Of a stretch of DNA of 64,000 nucleotides, positions 1 through 9,878 are shown in pieces. Below the pieces are notes generated by a model. It saw only the letters and a list, made by a program, of their open reading frames with translations, was not told where the DNA came from and made no database searches. A program made the translations under genes and the position numbers. Each line of letters opens with the position of its first letter. Position 1 is the first letter of the stretch. Origin of the DNA: Verrucomicrobiota bacterium (GTDB lineage Bacteria > Verrucomicrobiota > Verrucomicrobiia > Opitutales > Cerasicoccaceae); the NCBI GenBank assembly GCA_039818205.1, contig JBCBUK010000005.1:128001-192000 (forward strand), in the 5' to 3' direction.

Positions 1-1003
1 TGACGACTGGCAGTTCTTGGCACTGGTCCATGCTGCGCGATCTGGCAAAGAACAACTCTTTGCGAACCCCGAACTATCCGAGGTCGCGGTATCAGTTCCC
101 TCGCGTGGCTCATCGCTTTTTGCTGGCAGCGTCAGCACCAATCTGAATCGCGCCCTGCTCGAACAGATTGCCCTCGAGGGATTTCTCCCGCTCACCGCGC
201 CAACGGATATGCCGCAAGAGCAAGTGGCTGGCGGTCTGCGGGAGTTTGGTTTGAGTTATGCCGCAGACCCCGTATTGAGTAAGCACCTCGCGCGCTTCTT
301 GAAGCGCAGTCTCGAAAACGTTCGCTCAAGTGAGTCGCTGAAGGAGCAACTTCTGCCTGCCGCGCTCGAGGGTGAGTTGCTCTCACCAACCGCCGTATTG
401 TTCAACGGCGGATTCTTCAACGCCGAACCGGCCCGCCAACGCGTATTGCAACTTTTGCGCTCATGGTCCAATGAGCAAGAGATCCGCGAGCTCTCGGGCA
501 GCGACTATGCATTGGCAGTTGCCCAGGGAGCCTGCAATTATGGTCTCGCAAAGTTAACCGGCAAGGGCGTTCGCATCAAGGCCGGTGCATCACGCAGCTA
601 CTACCTTGGTCTCGAAACCACAATGATGGCGATCCCGGGCTTCAAGCCACCCGTGAAGGGTATCTGCGTTGTCCCGCAGGGTATGGAAGAAGGAACTGAA
701 GCCGTTCTCGATGGACAGGAGTTTGGCCTCATCCTGGGGCAGGACGTTCACTTTCGCTTTTTCAGTTCCACCTCGCGCGCTGGCGACCAAGTTGGAACAA
801 CATTGCCCAACGCAGAATCCGAACTCGAGGAAACCAGCGCGATCGAGACACGTTTGGACCCACTGGAAAACATGGTCGCGGGCGAGGCAATTCCTGTCAA
901 GCTGCACAGCCGCGTGACTGAATTGGGCGCTCTCGAGCTATGGATGCAACATACTCGTTCGGAAGCCAAATGGAAATTGGAGTTCTCCGTCCGCACGGAA
1001 TGA
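1..1003 (+). CDS. Atypical Hsp70 (DnaK-related) family protein, 5'-truncated by the window
   Basis: Frame is open from position 2 (DDWQFLALVH...). Contains actin-like ATPase C-terminal motifs AVLFNGG and ALAVAQGA, and the segment REFGLSYAADPVLSKHLARFL that is paralogous to the next gene. Confidence 0.85.
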   Translation, partial: DDWQFLALVHAARSGKEQLFANPELSEVAVSVPSRGSSLFAGSVSTNLNRALLEQIALEGFLPLTAPTDMPQEQVAGGLREFGLSYAADPVLSKHLARFLKRSLENVRSSESLKEQLLPAALEGELLSPTAVLFNGGFFNAEPARQRVLQLLRSWSNEQEIRELSGSDYALAVAQGACNYGLAKLTGKGVRIKAGASRSYYLGLETTMMAIPGFKPPVKGICVVPQGMEEGTEAVLDGQEFGLILGQDVHFRFFSSTSRAGDQVGTTLPNAESELEETSAIETRLDPLENMVAGEAIPVKLHSRVTELGALELWMQHTRSEAKWKLEFSVRTE

Positions 1004-1025
1004 TGCCTAATCGCAAGAGATTTTA

Positions 1026-3857
1026 ATGCCAGCACGTTATACTATCGGGATCGACCTTGGAACATCCAACTGCGCACTGTCCTATGTCGATACCACACGA
1101 GACGATCAACAAACCGAGCTCCTCGAGATTCCTCAGTATGAATCCCTGGGCAAATGGCGGGCGGATGCCGTGCTGCCCTCGTTTTGCTACTTTCTAACTG
1201 ACGACGAAGCCCGCGAGTTTTCAAACGATGAGCAAGCTGCCAGCGATTGGTCGAAGTCGAGGGTCGTCGGCTTATGGGCAAGAGAGCAAGCCTCACTTTC
1301 ACCCGAACGTGTCGCCTTCTCCGCCAAGTCTTGGCTGTGCCACCGTGGGGTCGATCGAGAAAGCAAACTACTCCCCTGGCAAAGTACGGTACTCGCCAGC
1401 GAGCGCAAGCTATCGCCTGTCGATGTCTCGGCGGCCTACCTCTCTTATCTGCGCACCGTTTGGGATCAGACAATAGGATCGGCAGACAAGCAGTCCCGGT
1501 TTGATAAGCAAAATATCGTCATCACAGCCCCAGCATCGTTTGACGCGGACGCGCAACGCTTGACCTTGCAAGCCGCCGAGCGGGCGGGCTACCCTGCCTC
1601 GACTCGACTCTTGGAAGAGCCCCAAGCAGCGTTCTATGCGTGGCTGGAGCGCCACGCTTCCCCATCGGCAATCACCCAGGCCTTCCCTCAGATCGATGAG
1701 AAGCCCATGCTCGCTTTAGTCTGCGATATTGGCGGCGGCACCTCGGACTTCAGTCTATTTGAAATCACCAAAGCCGAAGACGAAACACAACTGCCCGCCA
1801 TTCGCCGCCTTGCCGTGAGCGAGCACATTCTATTGGGGGGCGACAACCTTGACCTAGCACTCGCAAAACGCTTCGAGACTGAACTAACCAACGGGGGTAG
1901 TTTATCGACCAGTGCCTGGGCTCAACTAATCGCCCAGTGTCGCGCCCTTAAAGAACGTATTTTAGCGGATTCTGTTTCTGAGCAATCGAGCCCCTGCCAT
2001 GTATCGGTTACGGAGGCGGGTTCCAGCTTGTTCGGATCGGCCCGCAGCGCAGAGCTTCCCGCCGGCGAAATCCTGTCGCTCCTTCTCGAAGGGTTTTTCC
2101 CAGACTGTGCCAGCGACGCTTCTCCCGATGAACACCAATCGGGCATCCGAGAAATGGGTCTTCCCTACGCCCAGGATTCCGCTATCACGCGCCACCTTGC
2201 TGGATTCCTGCGTGGTCGACGGGTTGATTCAATTCTGTTCAACGGCGGCACGGTCGCCTCTCCCCTCCTCCAACAACGCCTGCAGAAACAAATCGGCCAA
2301 TGGCAAAGTAACGCGCTTCCTGCTGTGCTTGTCAACGATGAGCCTCACCTAGCGGTTGCACGCGGTGCAGCATATTACCGGATGAACGAGCGAGCTCGAT
2401 CGGGCCTAACGATTTCGGGCGGAGCCGCGCACGCTATCTATTTGGAGATCGAAGGGGCCGCGCCCAAGAAGGCGAAAGGCAAAAAGAAGCGGAAGAACAC
2501 GGAACCGGCCCGCGGCGGTGTTTGTATCCTACCGCAAGGGACAGAAATCGAGACGCCGCTTCGCCTGATTGAACCTGAGCTACAGCTATTGGTCAATCGC
2601 CCTGTCCGCTTGCAGGCATGGACCTCGCCGTCCCGGCCAGAAGACAAGGTTGGCTCAGTCGTCGATCTTAATGGAACTGATTTCCACCGTCTTCCACCAA
2701 TGCAAACCATGGCACAGCTATCGCCCAAGGCGAGCAAGCCCGCCGATGGCAAGGTCGCCGTCCACCTTCTATCGGAGGTAAACAATCTCGGGCTTTTGCA
2801 GGTTTTGTGCGAAAGCGTTCGGCGCCTGGACGGCCAACAACGCCGCTGGAGTCTTGAGTTTAATCTAAGAGAGCAGATAAGTGGGGACTCCGATACAACT
2901 GAAACCAGGCCAGAAGACAGCAACACTGGTGTCTCCAGCGAAGACCTCAAAGCGGCAGCTACATGCATCAGTCATTACTTTTCAAGGCAAAGCAACTCTC
3001 TTTCGCAAAGTAAAAACTTCAGCCTACTGAAAGAGCTGGAAACAAAACTACACTTAAAGCGTAAAGAATGGAACACAGCGCTACTTAGGCAGCTCTGGGA
3101 GCCGATTGGTGAATCCATCACCCTTCGCGACCTATCTCCCGAGCATGAGCTGGCCTGGCTGATCGCGGCAGGGTTTTCCTTGCGGCCAGGGTATGGCCAT
3201 CCACTCGATGAATTTCGGATGCAACGCCTCTGGTTCCTCCATGAGCTTGGCCTGGCGAACGCAGCCAACAAAGCGATTCTTGAGCAACTTTTCGTGCTGT
3301 GGCGGAGAACCGCCGGCGGACTCCAGGCGGACCAACAGATGGCACTCTATGAACAGTGGCAAGATCGCATATACGACCACGCAAAATCCGCACACGAGCC
3401 CTTGCGTATGGCGGGAGCGCTTGAATGGTTACCAACCGCTGAGCGCGAGCGCCTCGCGACTCATTGCGTACAAATAATCGAACAGAAGTCCGACAGATAC
3501 TGCGACCATGCGACTTGGGCACTCGGTCGCCTATTGACACGTACGCCGCTCTACGCTGGCGAAAGCGCTATCCTTGGTAGCGAAATCGTCTCCAGTGCAT
3601 TCACCGCATTGAGCTCGCTCGACTGGAGCTCCGGGCCGTTAAAATCCTGCGTGACAACCTTTGCTCTCGCCGCCCGCCGCCTCGACCACCGCGACCATGA
3701 TCTCCCAGGCGAACTTAGGGAGCGAATCTTCGACAAGCTCAAGGCTTCCAACGCAAGCCACACGCAATTGCAGAACATCCGCGAGTTTGCCCCTCTTGGG
3801 GAGAAGGACCGACAACAGTTATTTGGCGAGACACTCCCAGTCGGCCTGCATTGGTAG
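1026..3857 (+). CDS. Atypical Hsp70 family protein with C-terminal DUF3731-like helical domain
   Basis: 943 aa. IGIDLGTSN, EEPQAAFY, CDIGGGTSD and LLGGDNLD Hsp70 ATPase motifs; C-terminal region with GFSLRPGYGHPLDEFR and WALGRLLTRTPLY. Confidence 0.85.
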   Translation: MPARYTIGIDLGTSNCALSYVDTTRDDQQTELLEIPQYESLGKWRADAVLPSFCYFLTDDEAREFSNDEQAASDWSKSRVVGLWAREQASLSPERVAFSAKSWLCHRGVDRESKLLPWQSTVLASERKLSPVDVSAAYLSYLRTVWDQTIGSADKQSRFDKQNIVITAPASFDADAQRLTLQAAERAGYPASTRLLEEPQAAFYAWLERHASPSAITQAFPQIDEKPMLALVCDIGGGTSDFSLFEITKAEDETQLPAIRRLAVSEHILLGGDNLDLALAKRFETELTNGGSLSTSAWAQLIAQCRALKERILADSVSEQSSPCHVSVTEAGSSLFGSARSAELPAGEILSLLLEGFFPDCASDASPDEHQSGIREMGLPYAQDSAITRHLAGFLRGRRVDSILFNGGTVASPLLQQRLQKQIGQWQSNALPAVLVNDEPHLAVARGAAYYRMNERARSGLTISGGAAHAIYLEIEGAAPKKAKGKKKRKNTEPARGGVCILPQGTEIETPLRLIEPELQLLVNRPVRLQAWTSPSRPEDKVGSVVDLNGTDFHRLPPMQTMAQLSPKASKPADGKVAVHLLSEVNNLGLLQVLCESVRRLDGQQRRWSLEFNLREQISGDSDTTETRPEDSNTGVSSEDLKAAATCISHYFSRQSNSLSQSKNFSLLKELETKLHLKRKEWNTALLRQLWEPIGESITLRDLSPEHELAWLIAAGFSLRPGYGHPLDEFRMQRLWFLHELGLANAANKAILEQLFVLWRRTAGGLQADQQMALYEQWQDRIYDHAKSAHEPLRMAGALEWLPTAERERLATHCVQIIEQKSDRYCDHATWALGRLLTRTPLYAGESAILGSEIVSSAFTALSSLDWSSGPLKSCVTTFALAARRLDHRDHDLPGELRERIFDKLKASNASHTQLQNIREFAPLGEKDRQQLFGETLPVGLHW

Positions 3858-3858
3858 T

Positions 3859-3888
3859 AAAAAAGCCGACTCATCAGAGCCGGCTTTT
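3859..3888 (-). terminator. Rho-independent terminator for the cox operon, possibly bidirectional
   Basis: Minus strand GCCGGCTC-TGAT-GAGTCGGC followed by T6; a T4 run follows on the plus strand; lies between convergent genes. Confidence 0.75.
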
Positions 3889-3912
3889 CTTAAAAAAATT
3901 CCAGTAAACTGA

Positions 3913-4275
3913 CTACGCAACCATTTGCACTACTGGGTCCACTGAAGCGATAGCCTCCTCGTCCACATCTTCGTAAGAGAACAGGAGCATCAGTGCAATC
4001 ATCGTCCCAGTCGCGATCACCATGCCTGTCATAAATAGCCAAAACAGCAGGATTTTGTCGTAGATCAAATGCATGAACCACAGGATAACTGCGAAAAATT
4101 TGATGACCGAGAGCACGATCAGGCCACCCATCACGAGCCATGTCGCCCAGGGCAAAAAGATGATCACAATTTCAATCCCGGTAAGCACTGCGAGGAACAT
4201 CGCGAGGTTGAAAAAGGTATGGTAGCGCGAGTTCTCGATCTTCGCGGCTTCTTTCCATGTAGTTGCGTGGCCCAT
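3913..4275 (-). CDS. Cytochrome c oxidase subunit IV (caa3-type)
   Basis: 120 aa, three hydrophobic helices, LAVLTGIE and KFFAVILWFMHL motifs; last gene of the cox operon. Confidence 0.8.
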   Translation of the reverse strand: MGHATTWKEAAKIENSRYHTFFNLAMFLAVLTGIEIVIIFLPWATWLVMGGLIVLSVIKFFAVILWFMHLIYDKILLFWLFMTGMVIATGTMIALMLLFSYEDVDEEAIASVDPVVQMVA

Positions 4276-4322
4276 TGAAAATAAAGTCTAGCGGTTATGA
4301 GGCATGATTCAACCTAAAGCCG

Positions 4323-5342
4323 TCAGGCCGAAGGAATGTATTCGACGAGGTAAACGACGGTAAAAATAACAATCCAGACGATGTCCACGAAGTGCCAGTA
4401 AAGGCCGGCGATCTCGACATCAACTGCATTGATAACAGAAAAGTTTTTCGTGTAGGAGAAAACTAGCATCGAAAAGAGCCACAAAATACCGATGGCAACG
4501 TGGGTCCCGTGCGTACCAGTCATCACGTAAAACGTGGAACCAAAAACACTATTCTGCAGGCTCAATCCCGGGACTTGCTTAACCTGTTTGAACTCATCGA
4601 GCGTGAAGCCAAAATTATCGTGTTTGAAAGCCTCTCTCGGCTTCAAATAAGACTCCCCATCTTCGGCATGATGAGCCTCTGGATGGTACTCATAAACACC
4701 CGTAAAAATCATCGGCTCGCCACCGGTTTTACTCGGAAGCTTCAGCTTGTATTTGAACTCATTGGGCTTCTGAGCTGCAAATGATTCGATTTTCACGCCA
4801 TAGTGTTCATGGAGAAAACTCTCCTTAGCGGCGGCGGCGCTTGCCACGTCCTTAAAATAACGTCCATTCGCTTCGTTACCGACCACCTCTTGGCCATCTG
4901 GAGCCGTAGCCTTCCACTCATACCAGCCTTGGCCGTGAAAGAAGTGCTGAAACTCGTAAACCTGCCCACCCAGGAAGACCAAACCGAAGAGGATGACACC
5001 GAAAGTGTAATTACGAAAGCTCTGGATCGCCCCTTTGTGCATCGCCGAAACCGCGAGCGCCATCAGGAACGAGCTCATTAAGAGAATGAAGGTCGAAAAC
5101 GAGGTCAGCTCGATATCGAATGTGCCGGTTATGTTCACCGCCCCTTCCTGAGGATGCCCGAATGGATAGAGTTTGCGGTAAATCAGGTGCGTCGAAATGA
5201 GCGTGCCAAAGAACATGCAGTCCGACGCGAGAAAAAGCCACATGATCAGCTTCTTATTCTCAATACCGGTATTGGTGTTCTGGTCGGCGTGGATACGCTC
5301 CAGCAGCTTTTCGTCGAGTGGCGGATTTGCAGAGGTTGCCAT
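4323..5342 (-). CDS. ctaE: Cytochrome c oxidase subunit III with a ~120-aa loop insertion
   Basis: MWLFLASDCMFF, TFILLMSS, TGTHGTHV and GLYWHFVDIVWIVIFTVVY motifs. Confidence 0.92.
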   Translation of the reverse strand: MATSANPPLDEKLLERIHADQNTNTGIENKKLIMWLFLASDCMFFGTLISTHLIYRKLYPFGHPQEGAVNITGTFDIELTSFSTFILLMSSFLMALAVSAMHKGAIQSFRNYTFGVILFGLVFLGGQVYEFQHFFHGQGWYEWKATAPDGQEVVGNEANGRYFKDVASAAAAKESFLHEHYGVKIESFAAQKPNEFKYKLKLPSKTGGEPMIFTGVYEYHPEAHHAEDGESYLKPREAFKHDNFGFTLDEFKQVKQVPGLSLQNSVFGSTFYVMTGTHGTHVAIGILWLFSMLVFSYTKNFSVINAVDVEIAGLYWHFVDIVWIVIFTVVYLVEYIPSA

Positions 5343-5378
5343 GTAGAGTAGAAAATTAGCAATTAAAAGTCTTTGGCA

Positions 5379-7406
5379 CTAGTGAGCTGCTTGAGCTGCT
5401 GGCGCGTCCGTCGGTTCGTCGGATTCTTCATCACCTTCCTTGGGCGGATCGAGGTGGTAACCGCCGGGCCCCTCAAGTGCCCAGAGGTAAATTCCCAGCG
5501 TCACCGCAACGAGGCCGCCAATGGCAAAATAACCCGCCAAAGGAACACCCGCTGCCAGCATCGCCATGGAAACGCCAAAAACAGCAAATCCAAATCCACA
5601 GAGCAGCGGGAACCACGATTGGCTCGGCATGTGGATGCCATGGCCACCATCGTCCATAAAATCCATTTTCTTATCGCCGTGCTTATGAACCCAAAAGCAG
5701 TCACGTGCCTGGACTACCGGCGTGCGCGCAAAATTATAGGCGGGGACCGGTGTTGGCGTTGACCACTCCAGAGTTCGTCCATCCCACGGGTCAGACTCAC
5801 AAGGCTTTCCTTTGAGGGCCGTCCAAACGATATTCACGAAACAAAGGAGAACACCGATGCCCAAAATAAATGCACCAATTGTCGCCACATGATTCCATAG
5901 GTTCCATCCCATATCGCCAAGATAGGTGTGGGTCCGGCGAGGCATCCCGGTCAACCCCAGGTAGTGCATCGGAAAGAAGGTAATATTGAACCCAGCGATC
6001 ACCAAGAAAGCGGTCCAATAGCCAAGCTTCTGGTTGAGCATTCGGCCGAAAATTTTCGGAGTCCAAAAATACAGACCGGCAAGCAAGCCAAGGAGCACAC
6101 CGCCAAGCAAAACGTAGTGGAAGTGCGCTACCACGAAATAACTGTCCTGTTGCTGCGCATCGGCTGGAGCCGCGGAGTGCATGATCCCGGTAAAGCCACC
6201 CATCATGAACATCCAGATGAAGCCCAGAGCAAATACCATGGGAACCGTGAATTTGATGCGCCCGCCCCAAAGGGTACCCATCCAATTGAAAATCTTGACG
6301 CCGGTTGGAACCGCAATGGCCATCGTCAACAACGAGAACGCCGCAGTTGCAATCTTGCCCAAGCCAGTCGTAAACATGTGGTGACTCCAAACGGCGAAGC
6401 CAAGGAATCCAATGACAGCGCCCGAGAACACAATGATCGGATATCCAAACAATGGCTTCTTCGAGAAGGTTGGCAGAATCTCAGAGACAATACCCATCGC
6501 CGGCAACACGAGGATATAAACCTCGGGGTGACCAAACACCCAGAACAAGTGCTGCCACAAGATCGGTTGACCACCCGCTTCGACACGGAAAAAGTTCGTT
6601 CCAAAGTAGCGGTCAAACATCAACTCAGCCAACGCAATCGTAATTGCCGGGAAGGCGAATATAATCAGAAAACTGGTAATCAATGTCATCCAGGTGAACA
6701 CCGGCAGGCGCATCATGGTCATACCGGGAGCGCGCATGTTCAGAATCGTGACAATAAAGTTGAACGACGCTGCCAAGGATGCGACCCCAAGGATCTGCAG
6801 ACCGACAATCCAGAAGTCCGTGCCAATACCAGTATATTCAGCGCTAGTCAGCGGCACATAACCGAACCAACCACCGGCAGGTGCCATATCGGTGAGCCGG
6901 AGATCTTGCCCAAACCAGCCGACAGTGTGCGCAAATTGAAAGAACCAGCTGACGTTCAAAACGAATGCACCCGCCACGAAAGTCCACAGGGAGAAGGCAT
7001 TCAACCGGGGAAAGGCAACGTCACGTGCCCCGATCTGAAGGGGAACCAGGAAATTGAAAAAGGCGGCCGACAATGGCATGACTCCCAGAAAGATCATGGT
7101 GGTGCCATGCATCGTGAAAAACTGATTGTAGAGCTGCGCCGTAATGAAATCATTCTCCGGCACAGCCAACTGAACCCGAATCATCAGGGCCTCGACTCCA
7201 CCCAACAGGAAGAAGAACAGAGCGAAGGCACCATACATGACGCCAATCTTCTTATGGTCGACGGTCGTTAACCAGTCGATCCAACCGGAGTGGCGATCAG
7301 GGCGGTTCAGTCCCAACCAGGATTTCTCTGGCGCCAACTGACTTTTGTCGGCGACAGCATGATGATGATCGGCGTGATGAGGCGCGTCTGCGGTTGCGGT
7401 GCTCAT
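5379..7406 (-). CDS. ctaD: Cytochrome c oxidase subunit I, A1-type heme-copper oxidase
   Basis: TVDHKKIG, TMHGTTM, GHPEVY (A1 signature), VWSHHMF, AHFHY, GMPRR; two extra C-terminal helices as in caa3-type enzymes. Confidence 0.97.
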   Translation of the reverse strand: MSTATADAPHHADHHHAVADKSQLAPEKSWLGLNRPDRHSGWIDWLTTVDHKKIGVMYGAFALFFFLLGGVEALMIRVQLAVPENDFITAQLYNQFFTMHGTTMIFLGVMPLSAAFFNFLVPLQIGARDVAFPRLNAFSLWTFVAGAFVLNVSWFFQFAHTVGWFGQDLRLTDMAPAGGWFGYVPLTSAEYTGIGTDFWIVGLQILGVASLAASFNFIVTILNMRAPGMTMMRLPVFTWMTLITSFLIIFAFPAITIALAELMFDRYFGTNFFRVEAGGQPILWQHLFWVFGHPEVYILVLPAMGIVSEILPTFSKKPLFGYPIIVFSGAVIGFLGFAVWSHHMFTTGLGKIATAAFSLLTMAIAVPTGVKIFNWMGTLWGGRIKFTVPMVFALGFIWMFMMGGFTGIMHSAAPADAQQQDSYFVVAHFHYVLLGGVLLGLLAGLYFWTPKIFGRMLNQKLGYWTAFLVIAGFNITFFPMHYLGLTGMPRRTHTYLGDMGWNLWNHVATIGAFILGIGVLLCFVNIVWTALKGKPCESDPWDGRTLEWSTPTPVPAYNFARTPVVQARDCFWVHKHGDKKMDFMDDGGHGIHMPSQSWFPLLCGFGFAVFGVSMAMLAAGVPLAGYFAIGGLVAVTLGIYLWALEGPGGYHLDPPKEGDEESDEPTDAPAAQAAH

Positions 7407-7419
7407 GAGATAAAGATAA

Positions 7420-9042
7420 TTATTTCAAAGTGAGCAGATACTTAGCGATCTGCTTGAATTGTTCTTCGGTTAACCAACCGCTAACCTCAGCGAGCTTTTG
7501 CAGTTGAGCGGGGTCCTCCTCGATTGGCTCAACAATACGTCTCAAGGTCATGGGTTGCGTTACAACGCTGGTGATGTCAGCGCCCGGGTTCGATTTCAGG
7601 GCGGCAAGCTCCTTGCGGGAAACACCAGCGCTGGACAGCATTTTGTCAGTAGCAGAAATTGCGTCATCAAGCGCGTTGTAGGCTTCTTTGCCCATCTCAT
7701 TCTTGAGATCCTTGCGCTGGCTCCGATCCGAAAGCTGGGCAAAGACCGTTGCCAACTCCTCGGCGCTGATTGCCTTGCCCTCGTGATGCAGCGCAAGTAG
7801 ATCCGCGTAGGTCAACGCGATCGTCTTCAGATTAGCCAAGCCCGCGTCCATGTCGTAATACATGAGGTTGCCCGGCTTATAGTGGTGCGACCGAGCGATC
7901 CACTCGATAAAGTTCTCCTGCTGCTTCACGGCATCGATACCGCCGTCTTCCGTGTAGTGATTCAGAATACCAGCGGCGAGCGACTTCCGTTCAGCCACCT
8001 TGGTCAAGTTTGGCCCGATCACACCCGCGGCAGGCGATGCGTCAATGGCGTGGCAAACGATGCACTTGCCATCACCCATGAACAATTGAGCGCCCTTGGT
8101 GATGTCATCTTGCTTTTTATTGCCAGTCATCAGCTTGTCCGGGTTGCTGGCCGACTGCTTAAACCACTCCATCCAATCATCTTGGTGAGTCGGCTCGGGC
8201 TTCTCAGCGGTTGGCTTGGACTTAAACCCGCTTGGAGCCGGGGCCCCTTGCTTGTATTCGGCCACCCATTTTTCAAATTCTTCGTCGGAGACCACCTCGG
8301 CGCGGAAGAGCATGTAGGCGTGGGCATCACCGCAAAACTCCGCGCATTGGCCAAAATAGTAGCCCTCTTCATCGGCCATGAGCCACATCCAGTTTTTGCG
8401 ACCTGGCATTAAATCGACCTTACCGCCCAACTTAGGTAGCCAGAACGAGTGGATGACATCACGCCCGCGCAGGTTAAATTTGACCACTTTTCCCTTCGGG
8501 ATGACAAATTCGTTCGCGGTGACGATTCCTAGCTGAGGATATTCAAAACCGAACCACCATTGCCAACCGTCCACGGTGATCTCCAAAACATCGTCTTTGG
8601 CCTCTTTGGAAATTTCTCCGCCATACCAGGCCCCAAGCTTCGATTCTTCGTAGTAGGGCTGGTCCTCCGGGAGTTCATGGGTGAACCAAATCGCTCGCAA
8701 TGTTGGGATCGCGATGATCACGAGTAGAAAAATAGACGCGCCAATGAGGCCGATTTCGATCAGCGGGTTGCCATGACCTTGCGAAGGCATCGGCTTGTCC
8801 TCATCTCCGGGCCGCTCGCGGAAATGCCATACGACCCAGACCAGCGCACCGCCTACGACGATAAAAATGCCCAGCGAAACCCAAACGGTGATGTAGAAGA
8901 GGTCGAGCTGCTCACGGGCTACAGGTCCCTTAGGGTCGAGGGTCGACTGCTTTAAATTAAAACTACAGCCAGCCAATCCAAGGGTCAGTAAAAAGAGACC
9001 AAGGCGACTAAGTATCCGAGCAATTGGGGGTGAGATGATCAT
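7420..9042 (-). CDS. ctaC: Cytochrome c oxidase subunit II with fused cytochrome c (caa3-type), lipoprotein
   Basis: Lipobox LAGC, QWWF aromatic motif, CuA ligands DVIHSF and CAEFCGDAHAYM, heme c motif CIVCH, GPNLT. Confidence 0.95.
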   Translation of the reverse strand: MIISPPIARILSRLGLFLLTLGLAGCSFNLKQSTLDPKGPVAREQLDLFYITVWVSLGIFIVVGGALVWVVWHFRERPGDEDKPMPSQGHGNPLIEIGLIGASIFLLVIIAIPTLRAIWFTHELPEDQPYYEESKLGAWYGGEISKEAKDDVLEITVDGWQWWFGFEYPQLGIVTANEFVIPKGKVVKFNLRGRDVIHSFWLPKLGGKVDLMPGRKNWMWLMADEEGYYFGQCAEFCGDAHAYMLFRAEVVSDEEFEKWVAEYKQGAPAPSGFKSKPTAEKPEPTHQDDWMEWFKQSASNPDKLMTGNKKQDDITKGAQLFMGDGKCIVCHAIDASPAAGVIGPNLTKVAERKSLAAGILNHYTEDGGIDAVKQQENFIEWIARSHHYKPGNLMYYDMDAGLANLKTIALTYADLLALHHEGKAISAEELATVFAQLSDRSQRKDLKNEMGKEAYNALDDAISATDKMLSSAGVSRKELAALKSNPGADITSVVTQPMTLRRIVEPIEEDPAQLQKLAEVSGWLTEEQFKQIAKYLLTLK

Positions 9043-9182
9043 GCGTCAGAGAGCAAAAACAGGAAAATTTCAAGGTAGCAGCTGGAATGATACCAACTAG
9101 AAACCTTGTTAATTTGCCCAAGCAGCGATCGAGTTCAAGCGGAATATTGCATTGCTGGCCAGAACTGCTTTGATCGTTACCT

Positions 9183-9713
9183 ATGTTGAATCTCATTCGC
9201 ATTTTCTCGCTACCAATTGCCCTCGCCGGACTCTGCGGATGCGGCCCCCAACCCCTCCCGCCTGAGCCAGAGATCAAACAGGAGGTCAAGACCATCTCCA
9301 ATGCCGCTGGTGAGGTCAGCGATACGATCAAAATCACTTCCTTCGACAACATGCGTTACGATAAGATGTTGTTGGAAGTTCCTGCTGGGCAAAAAATCAC
9401 CTTAACACTGGTAAATGAAGGCCGCATGCCGAAAGAGGCCATGGCCCATAACCTTGTAATCCTAAAACTCGGCAAGGACGTGAATGCCTACGTGGCCGAG
9501 GCAATCTTTTCCGACGAAAGCGACTACATACCGGCAAACTACGCCGATTGGGTCGTTGCCCACACCAAGATGCTCGGAGCTGGCGAATCAGACACCATCA
9601 CGTTCATCGCTCCCGACAAGCCCGGTGAGTATCCGTTCGTCTGCACATTCCCGGGGCACTCCGCTGCCGGCATGAAGGGAATTATGCGGGTCGTCGTCGA
9701 AACCCCGTTGTAG
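9183..9713 (+). CDS. Azurin/auracyanin-like blue copper lipoprotein
   Basis: Type-1 copper ligands MAHNLV and CTFPGHSAAGM; N-terminal lipoprotein-like signal LAGLCGC. Confidence 0.9.
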   Translation: MLNLIRIFSLPIALAGLCGCGPQPLPPEPEIKQEVKTISNAAGEVSDTIKITSFDNMRYDKMLLEVPAGQKITLTLVNEGRMPKEAMAHNLVILKLGKDVNAYVAEAIFSDESDYIPANYADWVVAHTKMLGAGESDTITFIAPDKPGEYPFVCTFPGHSAAGMKGIMRVVVETPL

Positions 9714-9740
9714 TCCGCTCAACCTGTCGGATTTCGGCGT

Positions 9741-9878
9741 TTAGGCAGATTTCTTCGGGCAAGCGCAAGACTTCCCACCGCATCCGGACGAGGCTTCTCT
9801 CGATTTCCGCCAGGTGCGCCACAGGTAAACACTGGCTGCCAAAATAGCTCCCGCTACGACTACCGTTTCAACGATCAT
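9741..9878 (-). CDS. FeoB-associated Cys-rich membrane peptide (45 aa)
   Basis: ATG at 9878 overlaps the feoB stop (ATGA). MIVETVVVAGAILAASVYLWRTWRKSREASSGCGGKSCACPKKSA gives one TM helix plus a Cys-rich tail. The 118-aa ORF in the track is over-extended. Confidence 0.8.
   Translation of the reverse strand: MIVETVVVAGAILAASVYLWRTWRKSREASSGCGGKSCACPKKSA

Noticed and set aside
5928..7271. 447-aa plus-strand ORF
   Set aside because: Lies wholly antisense to ctaD, has no recognisable motif, and is explained by codon bias of a hydrophobic gene.
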